From assembly GCA_002328075.1 (NCBI GenBank), contig DCVT01000014.1:24846-88845 (forward strand): a DNA stretch of 64,000 nucleotides, read 5' to 3'. This document shows positions 32,015 to 42,184 of this stretch, piece after piece. This DNA comes from Anaerolineales bacterium UBA2181. GTDB lineage: Bacteria > Chloroflexota > Anaerolineae > Promineifilales > UBA4811. A program made the translations under genes and the position numbers. Numbering within the stretch: position 1 is the first letter of the stretch; each line of letters opens with the position of its first letter. The notes under the pieces were generated by a model. The model saw only the letters and a program-made list of their open reading frames with translations, ran no database searches and was not told where the DNA came from.

Positions 32015-34906
32015 TCATGCCGGCCTTTTGAGGTGCTTTCCCAGATAGAACCCGGTGTGCGAACCCGGGACCTGAACGACCTCTTCTGGGGTTCCTTCAG
32101 CGACGATCTGTCCCCCGGCATCGCCACCCTCTGGACCCAGATCAATCAGGTGATCTGCTACCTTGATGATGTCTGGATGGTGCTCTATGATGATCACCGT
32201 GTTTCCCTTGTCCACCAGCCGGTTCAGGACCTGGATCAACTTGGCCACATCGTGCGCATGGAGTCCCACCGAGGGCTCGTCCAGGATGTAAAGCGTCTGG
32301 TCGGTTGAGCGTCGTGATAGCTCGCGGCTCAGCTTGATGCGCTGCGCCTCGCCTCCGGATAGGGTGGGAGCCGGCTGTCCGAGCCGGATGTAGCCCAGAC
32401 CGACGTCCCGCAGCGTGATCAGCGTCCGTCGAATGGCAGGAAAGTTGGCGAAAAAGTCCAGAGCTTCGTCAACGCTCAACTCCAATACCTCTGCGATGTT
32501 CAATCCCTTGAAGTGAATCTGCAATGTCTCGCGGTTGAACCGTGTCCCGTGGCAGAGGTCGCAAGGAATGTAGAGATCCGGCAGGAACTGCATCTCGATT
32601 CGCAACTGGCCCTGGCCTTCGCAAGCTTCACATCGTCCCCCCTTGACGTTAAAGCTAAAGCGTCCTGGGTCGTATCCGCGCACCTGAGCGTCCGGCAGGC
32701 TGGAGAAAAGCCTTCGGATTTGGTCGAAAAGCTTGGTGTACGTGGCCGGGTTAGAGCGAGGAGTTCGGCCTATGGGACTTTGGTCGATGTTGATCAATTT
32801 GTCGACGTGTTCGATTCCGTCGATTCCGTCGTGTTCGCCCGCCTGGGACCGCGCACCGTTGAGCATCTGCGACAACCGATTGTACAGGGTCTCCATGACG
32901 AGCGTGCTCTTGCCCGAGCCAGATACTCCGGTGACGCAAATGAGCTTCCCCAGTGGGAAACGGACGTCGATCGATTTCAGGTTGTGTGCCCGTGCACCGC
33001 GAACAACCAGCAGTTTTCCGTTTCCCGGCCGCCGCGCCAGCGGGATGGGGATTGACATCCTGCCGGACAGGTAGGCGCCGGTGAGGGATTCTGGACAGGC
33101 GATCATCTCCTCCAGGGGGCCAGAACACACCACCTCTCCGCCCATGATGCCAGCCCCGGGGCCGAGGTCAACAATCCAATCGGCGGCCCGCATGGTGTCC
33201 TCGTCGTGCTCCACCACTAGCAATGTGTTTCCCAGGTCCCGCATACCCTCCAGCGTCCGCAACAACCGGGCCTGGTCCCGCTGGTGCAGGCCAATGCTGG
33301 GTTCGTCCAGCACGTACAGCACGCCCATCAATTGGGATCCAATCTGAGTTGCCAGCCGAATGCGTTGGGCCTCGCCACCACTTAGCGAACCGGCCGCCCG
33401 GCTGAGTGTGAGGTATTCCAGGCCAACGTTTGCCATGAAATCCAATCGATCGCGTATCTCCTTGAGAATGACGCCAGCGATTGCCCGCTGCCTTGTCGCC
33501 ATTGGTGATTCGCTGCCCGGCTTCTGGAGCCGGTCGATCCAGGCTAGAGTCCGTGCCACCGGCCAATCGACGACGTCGACAATCCGGTTATCGTCAATGG
33601 TTACCGCCAGGCTTTCCGGCCGCAAGCGAGAACCATGGCACGCCGCACACGGCCGTTCGCCCATATAGTTTTCGATCTTTTGGCGCATATAGTCTGAGTT
33701 GGTCTCACGATACCGCCGACGCAAATTCGGAATCACCCCCTCAAACTGGGTAAGGTATTCGCCATGCGCGTCCCCATTGCGGCGCGCGTACCGAACCATG
33801 ACTCGCTCATCGCCGCTGCCGTGCAAGAGGATCCGCTGCTGAGCCGCGTTCAAGGTTCGCCATGGTCGGTCGACCGGGATGTCAAAACGATCCGCCACAG
33901 ATCGGAGCAGCTGCCAGGTCCACGAATCCTCATCCACCGGCCAAGGGTCCAGGGCGCCCTCCTGAAGGCTGCGGGACGTGTCGGGAACCACCAAATCCGG
34001 GTCCAATTCGAGCTGCACCCCCAACCCCTGGCAGCTTGGGCAAGCTCCGTGGGGAGTGTTAAAGCTGAAAGAGCGAGGCTCCAACTCGGGCAGACTGATA
34101 TTGCAGTATGCACATGCCAGTTTCTCAGAGTAAAGCGTGTCCACCGGTGGGGTCTGCGATACGTTGGCCACGGTCATGACGCCCTCGCCAAGCCTGAGTG
34201 CAGTCTCCACCGAGTCGGTCAGCCGCGACCGAGCTGCGTTCGCATCGGCATTGTTCTCGTCCTGGGAATGCTGGATCACCAGCCGATCTACAACGACCTC
34301 GATGGTGTGCATCTTGTAGCGGTCCAGATCGATTCTTTCGTCCAGGTCGTGAACCTGCCCGTTGATGCGCGCTCGAACAAAGCCCATCCGGCGGGCTTCC
34401 TCCAAGACGTTCTGGTGCTGACCTTTGCGGTCATGCACCAGCGGCGCCAGAATCAGAACGCGGCCTCCGCGGGGATGGCGCATCACCGCCTCAACGATCT
34501 GCTCGGCGCTCTGCCGCTCCACCGGCCGGCCGCATTGGTGACAATGAGGGATGCCGGCCCGTGCATACAGGAGCCTCAGATAGTCATACACCTCGGTGAC
34601 GGTGCCCACCGTTGAACGCGGATTCCGACTGACACCTTTCTGGTCAATGCTGACGGCCGGACTAAGACCTTCGATCTGGTCCACATCCGGCTTTTCCATC
34701 TGACCAAGGAACTGCCGGGCGTACGCGGACAGTGATTCCACGTACCGGCGCTGGCCCTCGGCAAAGATCGTGTCGAACGCCAACGAGGATTTGCCCGAGC
34801 CCGACAGCCCCGTGATAACCACCAGGCTGTCTCGCGGGATCTCGACCGTTATGTTTTTGAGGTTGTGTTCGCGCGCGCCGCGAACGATGATCTTTTCTGG
34901 AGGCAT
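32015..34906 (-). CDS. uvrA: Excinuclease ABC subunit A
   Basis: 963 aa. Two ABC modules ([25 protein letters not shown]; LSGGEAQRI x2), Zn-finger Cys clusters ([27 protein letters not shown]). Confidence 0.95.
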   Translation of the reverse strand: MPPEKIIVRGAREHNLKNITVEIPRDSLVVITGLSGSGKSSLAFDTIFAEGQRRYVESLSAYARQFLGQMEKPDVDQIEGLSPAVSIDQKGVSRNPRSTVGTVTEVYDYLRLLYARAGIPHCHQCGRPVERQSAEQIVEAVMRHPRGGRVLILAPLVHDRKGQHQNVLEEARRMGFVRARINGQVHDLDERIDLDRYKMHTIEVVVDRLVIQHSQDENNADANAARSRLTDSVETALRLGEGVMTVANVSQTPPVDTLYSEKLACAYCNISLPELEPRSFSFNTPHGACPSCQGLGVQLELDPDLVVPDTSRSLQEGALDPWPVDEDSWTWQLLRSVADRFDIPVDRPWRTLNAAQQRILLHGSGDERVMVRYARRNGDAHGEYLTQFEGVIPNLRRRYRETNSDYMRQKIENYMGERPCAACHGSRLRPESLAVTIDDNRIVDVVDWPVARTLAWIDRLQKPGSESPMATRQRAIAGVILKEIRDRLDFMANVGLEYLTLSRAAGSLSGGEAQRIRLATQIGSQLMGVLYVLDEPSIGLHQRDQARLLRTLEGMRDLGNTLLVVEHDEDTMRAADWIVDLGPGAGIMGGEVVCSGPLEEMIACPESLTGAYLSGRMSIPIPLARRPGNGKLLVVRGARAHNLKSIDVRFPLGKLICVTGVSGSGKSTLVMETLYNRLSQMLNGARSQAGEHDGIDGIEHVDKLINIDQSPIGRTPRSNPATYTKLFDQIRRLFSSLPDAQVRGYDPGRFSFNVKGGRCEACEGQGQLRIEMQFLPDLYIPCDLCHGTRFNRETLQIHFKGLNIAEVLELSVDEALDFFANFPAIRRTLITLRDVGLGYIRLGQPAPTLSGGEAQRIKLSRELSRRSTDQTLYILDEPSVGLHAHDVAKLIQVLNRLVDKGNTVIIIEHHPDIIKVADHLIDLGPEGGDAGGQIVAEGTPEEVVQVPGSHTGFYLGKHLKRPA

Positions 34907-34953
34907 GGCCTATCAATCCCGGCAGTACGCCTTCGGGACCCGTCACCGACCTA

Positions 34954-37329
34954 TCAAGCCCGGCGGACCTCCTCAATGGCCCATTGCATGGAATCGTCGT
35001 CCGGTCGATACGGTGAATCCACCCGCTGCACCCCCTTGACTCCCGCTATCTCGCCGATCCTGTGGAGTATGCGGATGAGCTGGTGCAGATCGGTCAACTC
35101 TACGGAAATGGCCAACATACCTACTCGGTTCTCGCGATCAGTGCGGCCGTGCACCTCAAGGATATTGATCTGCTCAGCTTCGAGAACCTGAGTAACTGCG
35201 TATGCCAAACCACTCCGCTGGGTGGCGGCCAGCCGGATGTGAATTTCGCGTTTGACGAGTGGTTGCTTGACCCAATCCACCTCCACCAGGTTCAACCGTT
35301 CGCCACCCTTGGAGGCGTGAGCAATGTGGTGGCAATCCAATCGGTGTACCCGCACATGTCCGCTGCGCAACAGATTGCCCAGGATCGGGTCGCCCGGCGC
35401 CGGCTTGCACGTTGAACAACGCTTGACCGGCCGGCCGGACAGACCGCGCACTTGGACGTCACCGACAGCAGCCACAACATCTTCGCCAGCCGGCGAGTCT
35501 TCCAGGGAAGCCCACACCGCAGACATGGCCGCCTCGGCTACTCGGTACGGCATGACGTCGGCGCGGGCAATGGCCACCAACAAGTCCTGTACGCTTGGAT
35601 AGTCCATTTGACGAGCGATGGCGGCCAGATCATAATGCGCCAAACCCATCATCCTCATCTCGCGCTCCACCGCCAGCCGGCCGATTTCAGTCCCTTCCGA
35701 TTCTCGCAACCGGCGATACGCGCGTCGTATGTGGCTACGGGCATAGGTCGAATGGACGTACCCCAGGTCCTCATCTAGCCACTCTCGACGGGGCAGTTGA
35801 GCTCGGCTGCGTTCGATCCGAACCTGATCACCGCTTCGCAGGCGGGTGTTGAGCGGCATCGGCAACCCGTTGATGATCGCTACATCGGCCTCGTCGCCCA
35901 ACTTGGTGTGTATCTGATAGGCCAGATCCAATGGCGTGGATCCGGCGGGAAGCTCGATCATCTCACCTTCCGGCGTAAAGACCTGGATCTGATCCGTCAG
36001 AACCTCACGATACGCAGAAAGCCTATCGGCTCTTTCTGGAATTCCCTCAACTGGCCGCAGCCGTTGCGTCAGTCGCTGCAGTCCCTCGAATCCCTGTTCC
36101 TGCTCCGAGAACTCGGCGCTCCACCGCGCCAAGATCCCGTGATGGGCTATCTGGTGCATCTCTCGGGTTCTAAACCTAACCTTGAGCAGCCGGCCACCCG
36201 GACCGAATACGGTGGTATGAAGGGCACGATACAGGTTTTCGCGCGGTTGAGCGATATAGTCATCAAACGTGCCCGGCACGGGGTTCCATAGCTCGTGCAC
36301 TGCGCATAGTGCACGGTAGCAATCACAACGGTCGGATAACACCACTACCACACGAATCAGATCCGGCAATTGGCTGGGAAGGCGGCCCGCACGCTCGTAT
36401 TCCTGGTATAGCGTGTAGATCTGTTGGGGTGCAGCTTCGACGAACGGGTCGAGGCCGGCAGAGGCTACTTGGTCGGTCAGTGAACGCCTGACAATGTCCA
36501 GCCAGCGCTCCTGATTTCTGGCCCGCCGTTCCATGAGCAGCTGGAAGCTGTTGTAAAGCACCGGTTCGAGAATCTTGAGGGCCAGCTCCTGCAGCTCGGA
36601 TTTGACGTCCCACATGCCCAGCCGGTAGGCCAGTGGAGCATAGACGGCGAGCACCTCGCGTGCTTTTTCTTCCTGTTTCTTCCTGGATAGAGCTGCCAGC
36701 GTGCGCATGTTGTGCAGGCGATCGGCAAGCTTGACCACCACCACTCGCAGGTCTTCGACCATGAACTCAAAGAGGCGGTTGGTGGTGTCCACCTGCGCGT
36801 CATGCTGCGCCTGGACGGTCACCTGCTTGCCCGTGGCCTGGAGACGCGTGACTCCGTCGACGATTTTTCCCACCTCTGGACCAAACTGCCCGACGATCTG
36901 AGAAACTGACATGGTGGTGTCCTCCACCACGTCGTGCAACAACGCAGCCGCCAGCGTGGGTGCATCCAGTCTATAGGACGCCAGGTAATCGGCGGTTGCC
37001 AGCGGATGCTCGAAAAAGAGCGCATCGCGTGACTTGCGAAGTGTCAGGCCGTGCGATTGAAATGAGGCGAGCAAGGCATCTGCCACCAGATCTTGCTGCT
37101 CCGGAGTCAAGTATCCAGCTATCCGTTGCTGGAACTGGTCCACCAGGAAAACGCATTGCGCGGCCAACTCTGGATATCGCGCTTGCCACTCCCCCCGCGG
37201 GTCGAGCCGCCGGATCACCGCCTGAAACCGTTCCACCGTCGGGGTGGGTCGTGCGCTTGGCAGCGTTACTCCCTGGTCTTGGTTGCCGTCCATCTCGTTG
37301 CGTATCAGAAGCCGGTCAGCCGGAGGCAC
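34954..37329 (-). CDS. rel: Bifunctional (p)ppGpp synthetase/hydrolase, RelA/SpoT family
   Basis: HD hydrolase (LLHDVVEDT), synthetase region (..YRALHTTV..), TGS ([25 protein letters not shown]), C-terminal ACT-like domain. Confidence 0.9.
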   Translation of the reverse strand: MPPADRLLIRNEMDGNQDQGVTLPSARPTPTVERFQAVIRRLDPRGEWQARYPELAAQCVFLVDQFQQRIAGYLTPEQQDLVADALLASFQSHGLTLRKSRDALFFEHPLATADYLASYRLDAPTLAAALLHDVVEDTTMSVSQIVGQFGPEVGKIVDGVTRLQATGKQVTVQAQHDAQVDTTNRLFEFMVEDLRVVVVKLADRLHNMRTLAALSRKKQEEKAREVLAVYAPLAYRLGMWDVKSELQELALKILEPVLYNSFQLLMERRARNQERWLDIVRRSLTDQVASAGLDPFVEAAPQQIYTLYQEYERAGRLPSQLPDLIRVVVVLSDRCDCYRALCAVHELWNPVPGTFDDYIAQPRENLYRALHTTVFGPGGRLLKVRFRTREMHQIAHHGILARWSAEFSEQEQGFEGLQRLTQRLRPVEGIPERADRLSAYREVLTDQIQVFTPEGEMIELPAGSTPLDLAYQIHTKLGDEADVAIINGLPMPLNTRLRSGDQVRIERSRAQLPRREWLDEDLGYVHSTYARSHIRRAYRRLRESEGTEIGRLAVEREMRMMGLAHYDLAAIARQMDYPSVQDLLVAIARADVMPYRVAEAAMSAVWASLEDSPAGEDVVAAVGDVQVRGLSGRPVKRCSTCKPAPGDPILGNLLRSGHVRVHRLDCHHIAHASKGGERLNLVEVDWVKQPLVKREIHIRLAATQRSGLAYAVTQVLEAEQINILEVHGRTDRENRVGMLAISVELTDLHQLIRILHRIGEIAGVKGVQRVDSPYRPDDDSMQWAIEEVRRA

Positions 37330-37598
37330 CCGGCCTGCGCTTGCTGAGGTCGTTTCTCATGGCAGCGAGGCCGACTCAAAAGCGTTAAACCAACATTCTA
37401 CCACAAAAATGCCTTCCGGGCCCCCACGGCTTGACGGTTTCCCATCGGGGAGACGCAGGGAACCACGTGATCCAGGATGGCCCTGGTTGCCGTTTTGTCG
37501 GCGGTGTGGCGTGGTGCTATAATGGGCTGCCTTGAATGATAGTCGACCGGCAGTATGTCCCGCCCCAGACAGCCAAAAACGGGGCAGACGGAGACGCC

Positions 37599-38282
37599 AT
37601 GTTGTCAAAAACCGATCCAAAAAAGGTCGCTCAATTCATTGATCACACACTCCTGCGGCCCGAGGCCTCCCGCTCTCAGATCGAGCAGATCTGTGCCGAG
37701 GCGGTGGAATACCAGTTCTGCACCGTCTGCGTCAACCCAACGTACGCGGAGCTCTGTTCCCGAATTCTAAAGGGAAGCGGCGTTCTGGTCTGCACAGTGA
37801 ATGGATTTCCCCTCGGCGCTGCTGTTTCCAGCGTCAAGGCGCTGGAGGCGGATCAGGCAATCCGGGACGGGGCGGCCGAGGTTGATATGGTCATCAATGT
37901 CGGAGCCCTCAAGTCGGGAGACCTGGCGCTGGTGGAGTCGGATATCCGGTCGGTTGTTGATGTGTGTCACCCGGAAGGTGTTCGGCTCAAAGTGATCATC
38001 GAGGCTGCTCTGCTCTCCGATGCCGAAAAGGTGCTGGCGTGTCAACTTGCGGTGTCCGCCGGCGCCGATTACGTCAAGACCTCTACCGGTTTCGGGCCAG
38101 GCGGGGCGACGGTTGCCGATGTCATGCTGATGCGGCAGACTGTGGGGCCGCACATAGGGGTCAAGGCAGCGGGCGGAATCCGGACCCTGCGGGACGCTCT
38201 GACCATGCTGGAGGCTGGGGCGAACCGGATCGGCGCCAGCAGCAGCGTGCAAATCGCCCGCGAAGCTCAGCGATCTGCCTAG
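37599..38282 (+). CDS. deoC: Deoxyribose-phosphate aldolase
   Basis: IDHTLLRPEAS, CVNP, LKVIIEAALL, YVKTSTGF (Schiff-base Lys), IGVKAAGGIR. Start chosen at ATG 37599. Confidence 0.9.
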   Translation: MLSKTDPKKVAQFIDHTLLRPEASRSQIEQICAEAVEYQFCTVCVNPTYAELCSRILKGSGVLVCTVNGFPLGAAVSSVKALEADQAIRDGAAEVDMVINVGALKSGDLALVESDIRSVVDVCHPEGVRLKVIIEAALLSDAEKVLACQLAVSAGADYVKTSTGFGPGGATVADVMLMRQTVGPHIGVKAAGGIRTLRDALTMLEAGANRIGASSSVQIAREAQRSA

Positions 38283-38398
38283 GGATCTAGACGGTACGGC
38301 TGGTCATCCGACCAGCCGTGAGCAAAAGTGAGAGTAAGCGGCTCTGACCGGGCCGTGTAAGTGCTGACGGACAGCATTCCCAGAGGGTAGGGACGCGT

Positions 38399-39082
38399 AT
38401 GTGTGGCAGGTTTACGCTGGCGACACCGGTGGATCAATTGGCGCTGGCATTCCCGTGGCTCTCAATTCCGTCCGAGTTGCCGCCGCGGTACAACGTTGCC
38501 CCCAGCCAGCCTGTTGCTGTGGTTGCCAACACCAATCGGAAGCTCCTGGAGTACTATCGCTGGGGATTGATCCCGTCGTGGGCCCAGGATCCGGCCATTG
38601 GCAACCGGATGATCAACGCCCGGGCGGAAACGGTGGCGGTCAAGCCTGCCTTTTCAGCCGCGTTTCGCCGTCGCCGATGCCTGGTATTGGCGGACGGATT
38701 TTACGAATGGCAAAGGGCACCCGGGCGCACGACCAAGCAGCCGCATTACATTCGCTTGGCATCCGGGGAACCGTTTGGATTTGCCGGCTTGTGGGAGGTG
38801 TGGCGCGCTCCAGATGGTTCTGTGATCCTGTCATGCGCCATTATTACCACGCAACCGAACGATTTGGTGGCCCAGATACACGACCGGATGCCCGTCATCT
38901 TGCCGTCGGACGCGTATGAGTGCTGGCTGGACCCATCGGTACAGGAGCCGGTGGCGCTGCAGCCGTGGCTGGTTCCGTATCCGGCCGAGGGCATGGTGGC
39001 CCATCCGGTGGGAACTCTTGTGAACAACCCGCGCAACGACCTGGCCGATTGTATCGCGCCGGCAACGGCCGCTCTTGGCTGA
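38399..39082 (+). CDS. SOS-response-associated peptidase (SRAP/YedK family, abasic-site processing)
   Basis: Invariant N-terminal MCGRF(T/A)L, YNVAPSQ, WGLIPSW, NARAET, HDRMPVIL. Confidence 0.88.
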   Translation: MCGRFTLATPVDQLALAFPWLSIPSELPPRYNVAPSQPVAVVANTNRKLLEYYRWGLIPSWAQDPAIGNRMINARAETVAVKPAFSAAFRRRRCLVLADGFYEWQRAPGRTTKQPHYIRLASGEPFGFAGLWEVWRAPDGSVILSCAIITTQPNDLVAQIHDRMPVILPSDAYECWLDPSVQEPVALQPWLVPYPAEGMVAHPVGTLVNNPRNDLADCIAPATAALG

Positions 39083-39100
39083 CTTGTCTGCCGGATCGGT

Positions 39101-39128
39101 TTGACAGTGCTCTTTCGTTCTGTATAAT
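39101..39128 (+). promoter_or_regulatory. Near-consensus sigma70 promoter upstream of rpmF
   Basis: TTGACA (39101-39106), 16 nt, TATAAT (39123-39128). AAAGGAG RBS about 10 nt before ATG 39188. Confidence 0.65.
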
Positions 39129-39187
39129 TGCCCTCTGAATGGCACATTGAGAATAGCACTGGTAGCAACGAAAGGAGCGCGTGATCC

Positions 39188-39370
39188 ATGGGTGCGCTGC
39201 CCAAAAGAAAACAATCCAAAGGTCGCCGATGTCGGCGCCGTTCCCATGACGCTCTCAAACTGGAAAATCTGGTTGCCTGTCCATCTTGTGGGGAGATGAT
39301 GCGTCCGCATCGCGTTTGTCTCAACTGCGGTGTCTATCGGGGCCGGACCGTGTTTGAGATGGAGGACTAG
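39188..39370 (+). CDS. rpmF: 50S ribosomal protein L32
   Basis: 60 aa. [20 protein letters not shown]... with zinc-ribbon CPSCG...CLNCG. Confidence 0.92.
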   Translation: MGALPKRKQSKGRRCRRRSHDALKLENLVACPSCGEMMRPHRVCLNCGVYRGRTVFEMED

Positions 39371-39425
39371 CCAGAGGCTCCCCAACCATCAGGGCTGCAT
39401 TTCGACTGGTGATAACACGAATTCT

Positions 39426-39456
39426 GACGCTGGGATGCTCCCGGCGTCTTTTTTTT
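39426..39456 (+). terminator. Rho-independent terminator after rpmF
   Basis: GACGCTGGGA-tgc-TCCCGGCGTC (10-bp stem with one G-U pair, 3-nt loop) followed by T8 (39449-39456). Confidence 0.75.
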
Positions 39457-39539
39457 CTTTCCGGGCAATGCCATCGACCGATTCGGCGTGCAATAGGCGA
39501 GATCATGCATTCCCTCCTCGCGGCGCGTCCGGTCGCCAA

Positions 39540-40511
39540 ATGGTGGCTGCGGTGGAAAAACGAGTAGCCTTTCTTTTTCCCGGACAGGGTTCGCAGACGG
39601 TTAACATGGGCCGGGACCTGTACGAGGTTCCGGTGGCTCGCGAGGTATTCGACACCGCCGACCGAGCGTTGGGCTTCTCCCTGTCTCGCATCATTCTGGA
39701 TGGTCCGGCGGCGACGCTCGACGATACCGAGAACGCACAGCCTGCGATTCTGACCGTGAGCATTGCCGCCTTGCTGGCATTGCAGGAACAGGTTGGAATC
39801 CGCCCTGCTGTGGTGGCCGGGCACAGCCTGGGAGAGTACAGTGCCCTGGTATGTTGCGGTTCACTGGAGTTGGTCGACGCACTCCTGTTGGTGCGGGAGC
39901 GCGGCCGGTTGATGAAGGTGGCCGGAGCGTCCAACCCCGGTGGAATGGTGGCGATCCTGGGTCTGGAGTCGGACCGCGTGAACGCGCTCTGCAGTCAAGT
40001 GCAGCGCAAGACGGGACAGGTAGTGCAGGTGGCGAACGACAATTGTCCCGGCCAGGTAGTAGTTTCGGGTTCGCGGGATGCACTCTTGCGGCTGATGGCA
40101 ACCGCATCCGACGCAGGCGCGAAAAAGGTCGTGCCCCTCCAGGTGACTATTGCTGCCCATTCGGCGCTAATGCAGCAAGCGTCGGCGGCCTTTTCGTGCG
40201 CGGTTGACGGGGCAGACATCCGGCCGCCACGAATACCGGTCATCGGCAACGTCCAAGCGCAGCCATTGGTGGGTGTGACCGCGATCAGGGAAGAGTTGGT
40301 GGCGCAACTCACGCAAAGCGTCAAATGGACCCAGACTGTGCAGTGGATCCTCGCTCAGGGCGTGGTTGCACTGGTCGAAATTGGGCCCGGCGACGTTCTC
40401 ACCGGATTGGCGAAACGCATTGATCGCCAGGTTCGTCGGTTCAACCTTCAGCATCTCCCGGACATCAGCGAGTTCCTGAATTGGGTTCAAGCAGGTGGAG
40501 GAGTAGAGTGA
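39540..40511 (+). CDS. fabD: Malonyl CoA-ACP transacylase
   Basis: FLFPGQGSQ, active-site GHSLGEYSAL, ...QV(A)NDNCPGQVVVSG. Start moved to ATG 39540, because the track ORF's N-terminal extension overlaps rpmF and its terminator. Confidence 0.9.
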   Translation: MVAAVEKRVAFLFPGQGSQTVNMGRDLYEVPVAREVFDTADRALGFSLSRIILDGPAATLDDTENAQPAILTVSIAALLALQEQVGIRPAVVAGHSLGEYSALVCCGSLELVDALLLVRERGRLMKVAGASNPGGMVAILGLESDRVNALCSQVQRKTGQVVQVANDNCPGQVVVSGSRDALLRLMATASDAGAKKVVPLQVTIAAHSALMQQASAAFSCAVDGADIRPPRIPVIGNVQAQPLVGVTAIREELVAQLTQSVKWTQTVQWILAQGVVALVEIGPGDVLTGLAKRIDRQVRRFNLQHLPDISEFLNWVQAGGGVE

Positions 40512-41263
40512 CGAGATTGGATGGAAAGGTAGCATTGGTCACCGGAGCGGGCCGTGGAATTGGCCGGGCGGTGGCGATAGAGTTGGCGCGTCGCGGTGCC
40601 CGGGTGGTTGTGAATTACTGCCACCGGGCCGCCGAGGCTGATGCCACGGTCCACGTGATTCAAGCAGCCGGCGGCGAAGCGCTGTCAGTCCAGGCGGATG
40701 TTTCGTCGGCGGCAGGGGCAGAAAACCTGATCCGGGCCACCGTCAGCGCTTTTTCCACTATCGACATTCTGGTGAACAACGCCGGCACCACTCGTGACCG
40801 TCTGCTCATGCAGATGAAGGATGAGGATTGGGACGCAGTGATTCAGACCAACCTTCGTGGGGTCTATCACTGCTGTCGGGCTGCAATCCGGCCGATGTTG
40901 CGCGCTCGTCAAGGTGGTAGGATAATAAACATCAGTAGTGTTTCCGGCCTCGTGGGTCAGGTTGGACAGACCAATTACTCAGCATCCAAGGCTGGGGTGA
41001 TTGGTTTCACCTACGCGCTGGCCCGGGAGGTCGGATCGCGCCGGATCACGGTGAACGCGGTGGCTCCGGGATACGTTGCCACAGAGTTGACGCAGGACCT
41101 CGCAGAGGACGTCAAGGAAGCGTTGCTCAAATTGACACCCTTGGGCCGGTACGGCACGGCCGAGGATGTGGCCCAGGCAGTCGCTTTTCTGGCATCGGAC
41201 GGGGCGTCGTTCATCACGGGCGTCACGCTCCGAGTGGATGGTGGCCTGGGAATCGGCAGCTAG
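40508..41263 (+). CDS. fabG: 3-oxoacyl-ACP reductase (SDR)
   Basis: GKVALVTGAGRGIGRA, NNAG, catalytic YSASKAG. GTG start overlapping the fabD stop (GTGA). Confidence 0.88.
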   Translation: MTRLDGKVALVTGAGRGIGRAVAIELARRGARVVVNYCHRAAEADATVHVIQAAGGEALSVQADVSSAAGAENLIRATVSAFSTIDILVNNAGTTRDRLLMQMKDEDWDAVIQTNLRGVYHCCRAAIRPMLRARQGGRIINISSVSGLVGQVGQTNYSASKAGVIGFTYALAREVGSRRITVNAVAPGYVATELTQDLAEDVKEALLKLTPLGRYGTAEDVAQAVAFLASDGASFITGVTLRVDGGLGIGS

Positions 41264-41280
41264 TAGGGAGGAAAAGGCAT

Positions 41281-41631
41281 ATGCAGACGGTGCCGGAAGG
41301 CAAGATCACGGTGGCGCCCGAGGTGCTGTTGGAGATCATCCAGCAGGCGGCTCTCTACACCGAGGGCGTGGTGCGGATGGCGTCGGTGCCGCCGCGGGTG
41401 GATCGCATCTTTCGCCGGGTGATATCAGCCGAGGGAATCGAGGTTGAGGTCAATGAGAACTCGATGACCGTGGATCTATACCTGGTGGTCCGCGCAGTAG
41501 ATCTGAGGACGCTGAGTCACCAGGTACAGAGAGAAGTCATTCGAGCGATGGATCGCCTGGTCGGAATTGCTGTCACCGCGGTAAACATTCACGTTGAAGA
41601 CGTCGAATACCCGGAGAACGGTTCGGCCTAG
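41281..41631 (+). CDS. Asp23/Gls24-family (alkaline shock) protein
   Basis: GKITVAPEVLLEIIQQAALYTEGVVRM...VNIHVEDV. Conserved Asp23-nusB adjacency. Confidence 0.8.
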   Translation: MQTVPEGKITVAPEVLLEIIQQAALYTEGVVRMASVPPRVDRIFRRVISAEGIEVEVNENSMTVDLYLVVRAVDLRTLSHQVQREVIRAMDRLVGIAVTAVNIHVEDVEYPENGSA

Positions 41632-41633
41632 CG

Positions 41634-42074
41634 ATGCAGCCTCGTCGTCGTGCCCGCGGGCTCGCTCTGCAGGCGTTATACGAAATCGACTGCGTTGGCC
41701 ATCCGGCCGATCGGGTCCTGGCAGAACGCCTGGAGGAGACCCCGCTGCCCGCCGCCGTGAGCGAGTTCGCCTCTGAATTGGTCCACCAGGTGTTGGCCCA
41801 CCGGGCCGGGATGGACAGGCTCATCGCAGAGTACGCGCCCGAATGGCCGGTTGACCAGCTGGCCATTGTGGATCGGAACGTTCTGCGCATAGCTATCTAC
41901 GAGTTGGCGATGGACAGTAGCACCCCGGTCAAGGTGGCCATCAACGAGGCCGTCGAGTTGGCCAAGTCATACGGTTCAGACAACTCGGCTCGATTTGTCA
42001 ATGGGGTCTTGGGTTCATTGGTTGAGCGCCTGGACACGCTGCGGGCAGCCGTCCTGCGGACCGCGGACTCGTGA
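41634..42074 (+). CDS. nusB: Transcription antitermination factor NusB
   Basis: RRRARGLALQALYEID..., RNVLRIAIYEL, INEAVELAK.YG.....FVNGVL. Confidence 0.9.
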   Translation: MQPRRRARGLALQALYEIDCVGHPADRVLAERLEETPLPAAVSEFASELVHQVLAHRAGMDRLIAEYAPEWPVDQLAIVDRNVLRIAIYELAMDSSTPVKVAINEAVELAKSYGSDNSARFVNGVLGSLVERLDTLRAAVLRTADS

Positions 42075-42184
42075 TGCTGCGATTGTGGTCGGAGACAAGG
42101 CCGTGTCTCGGCCATTTCCGGCGGGCCGGGGGCGACTCATTGAATTCTGACCGGAGAGGATGGCTGATGAGTTGGTGAGCGGGC

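Noticed and set aside
39330-39539. N-terminal 70-aa extension of the fabD ORF as given in the track (start 39330)
   Set aside because: It overlaps the rpmF coding end and runs through a strong rho-independent terminator. The conserved FabD N-terminus (VAFLFPGQGSQ) begins right after ATG 39540.
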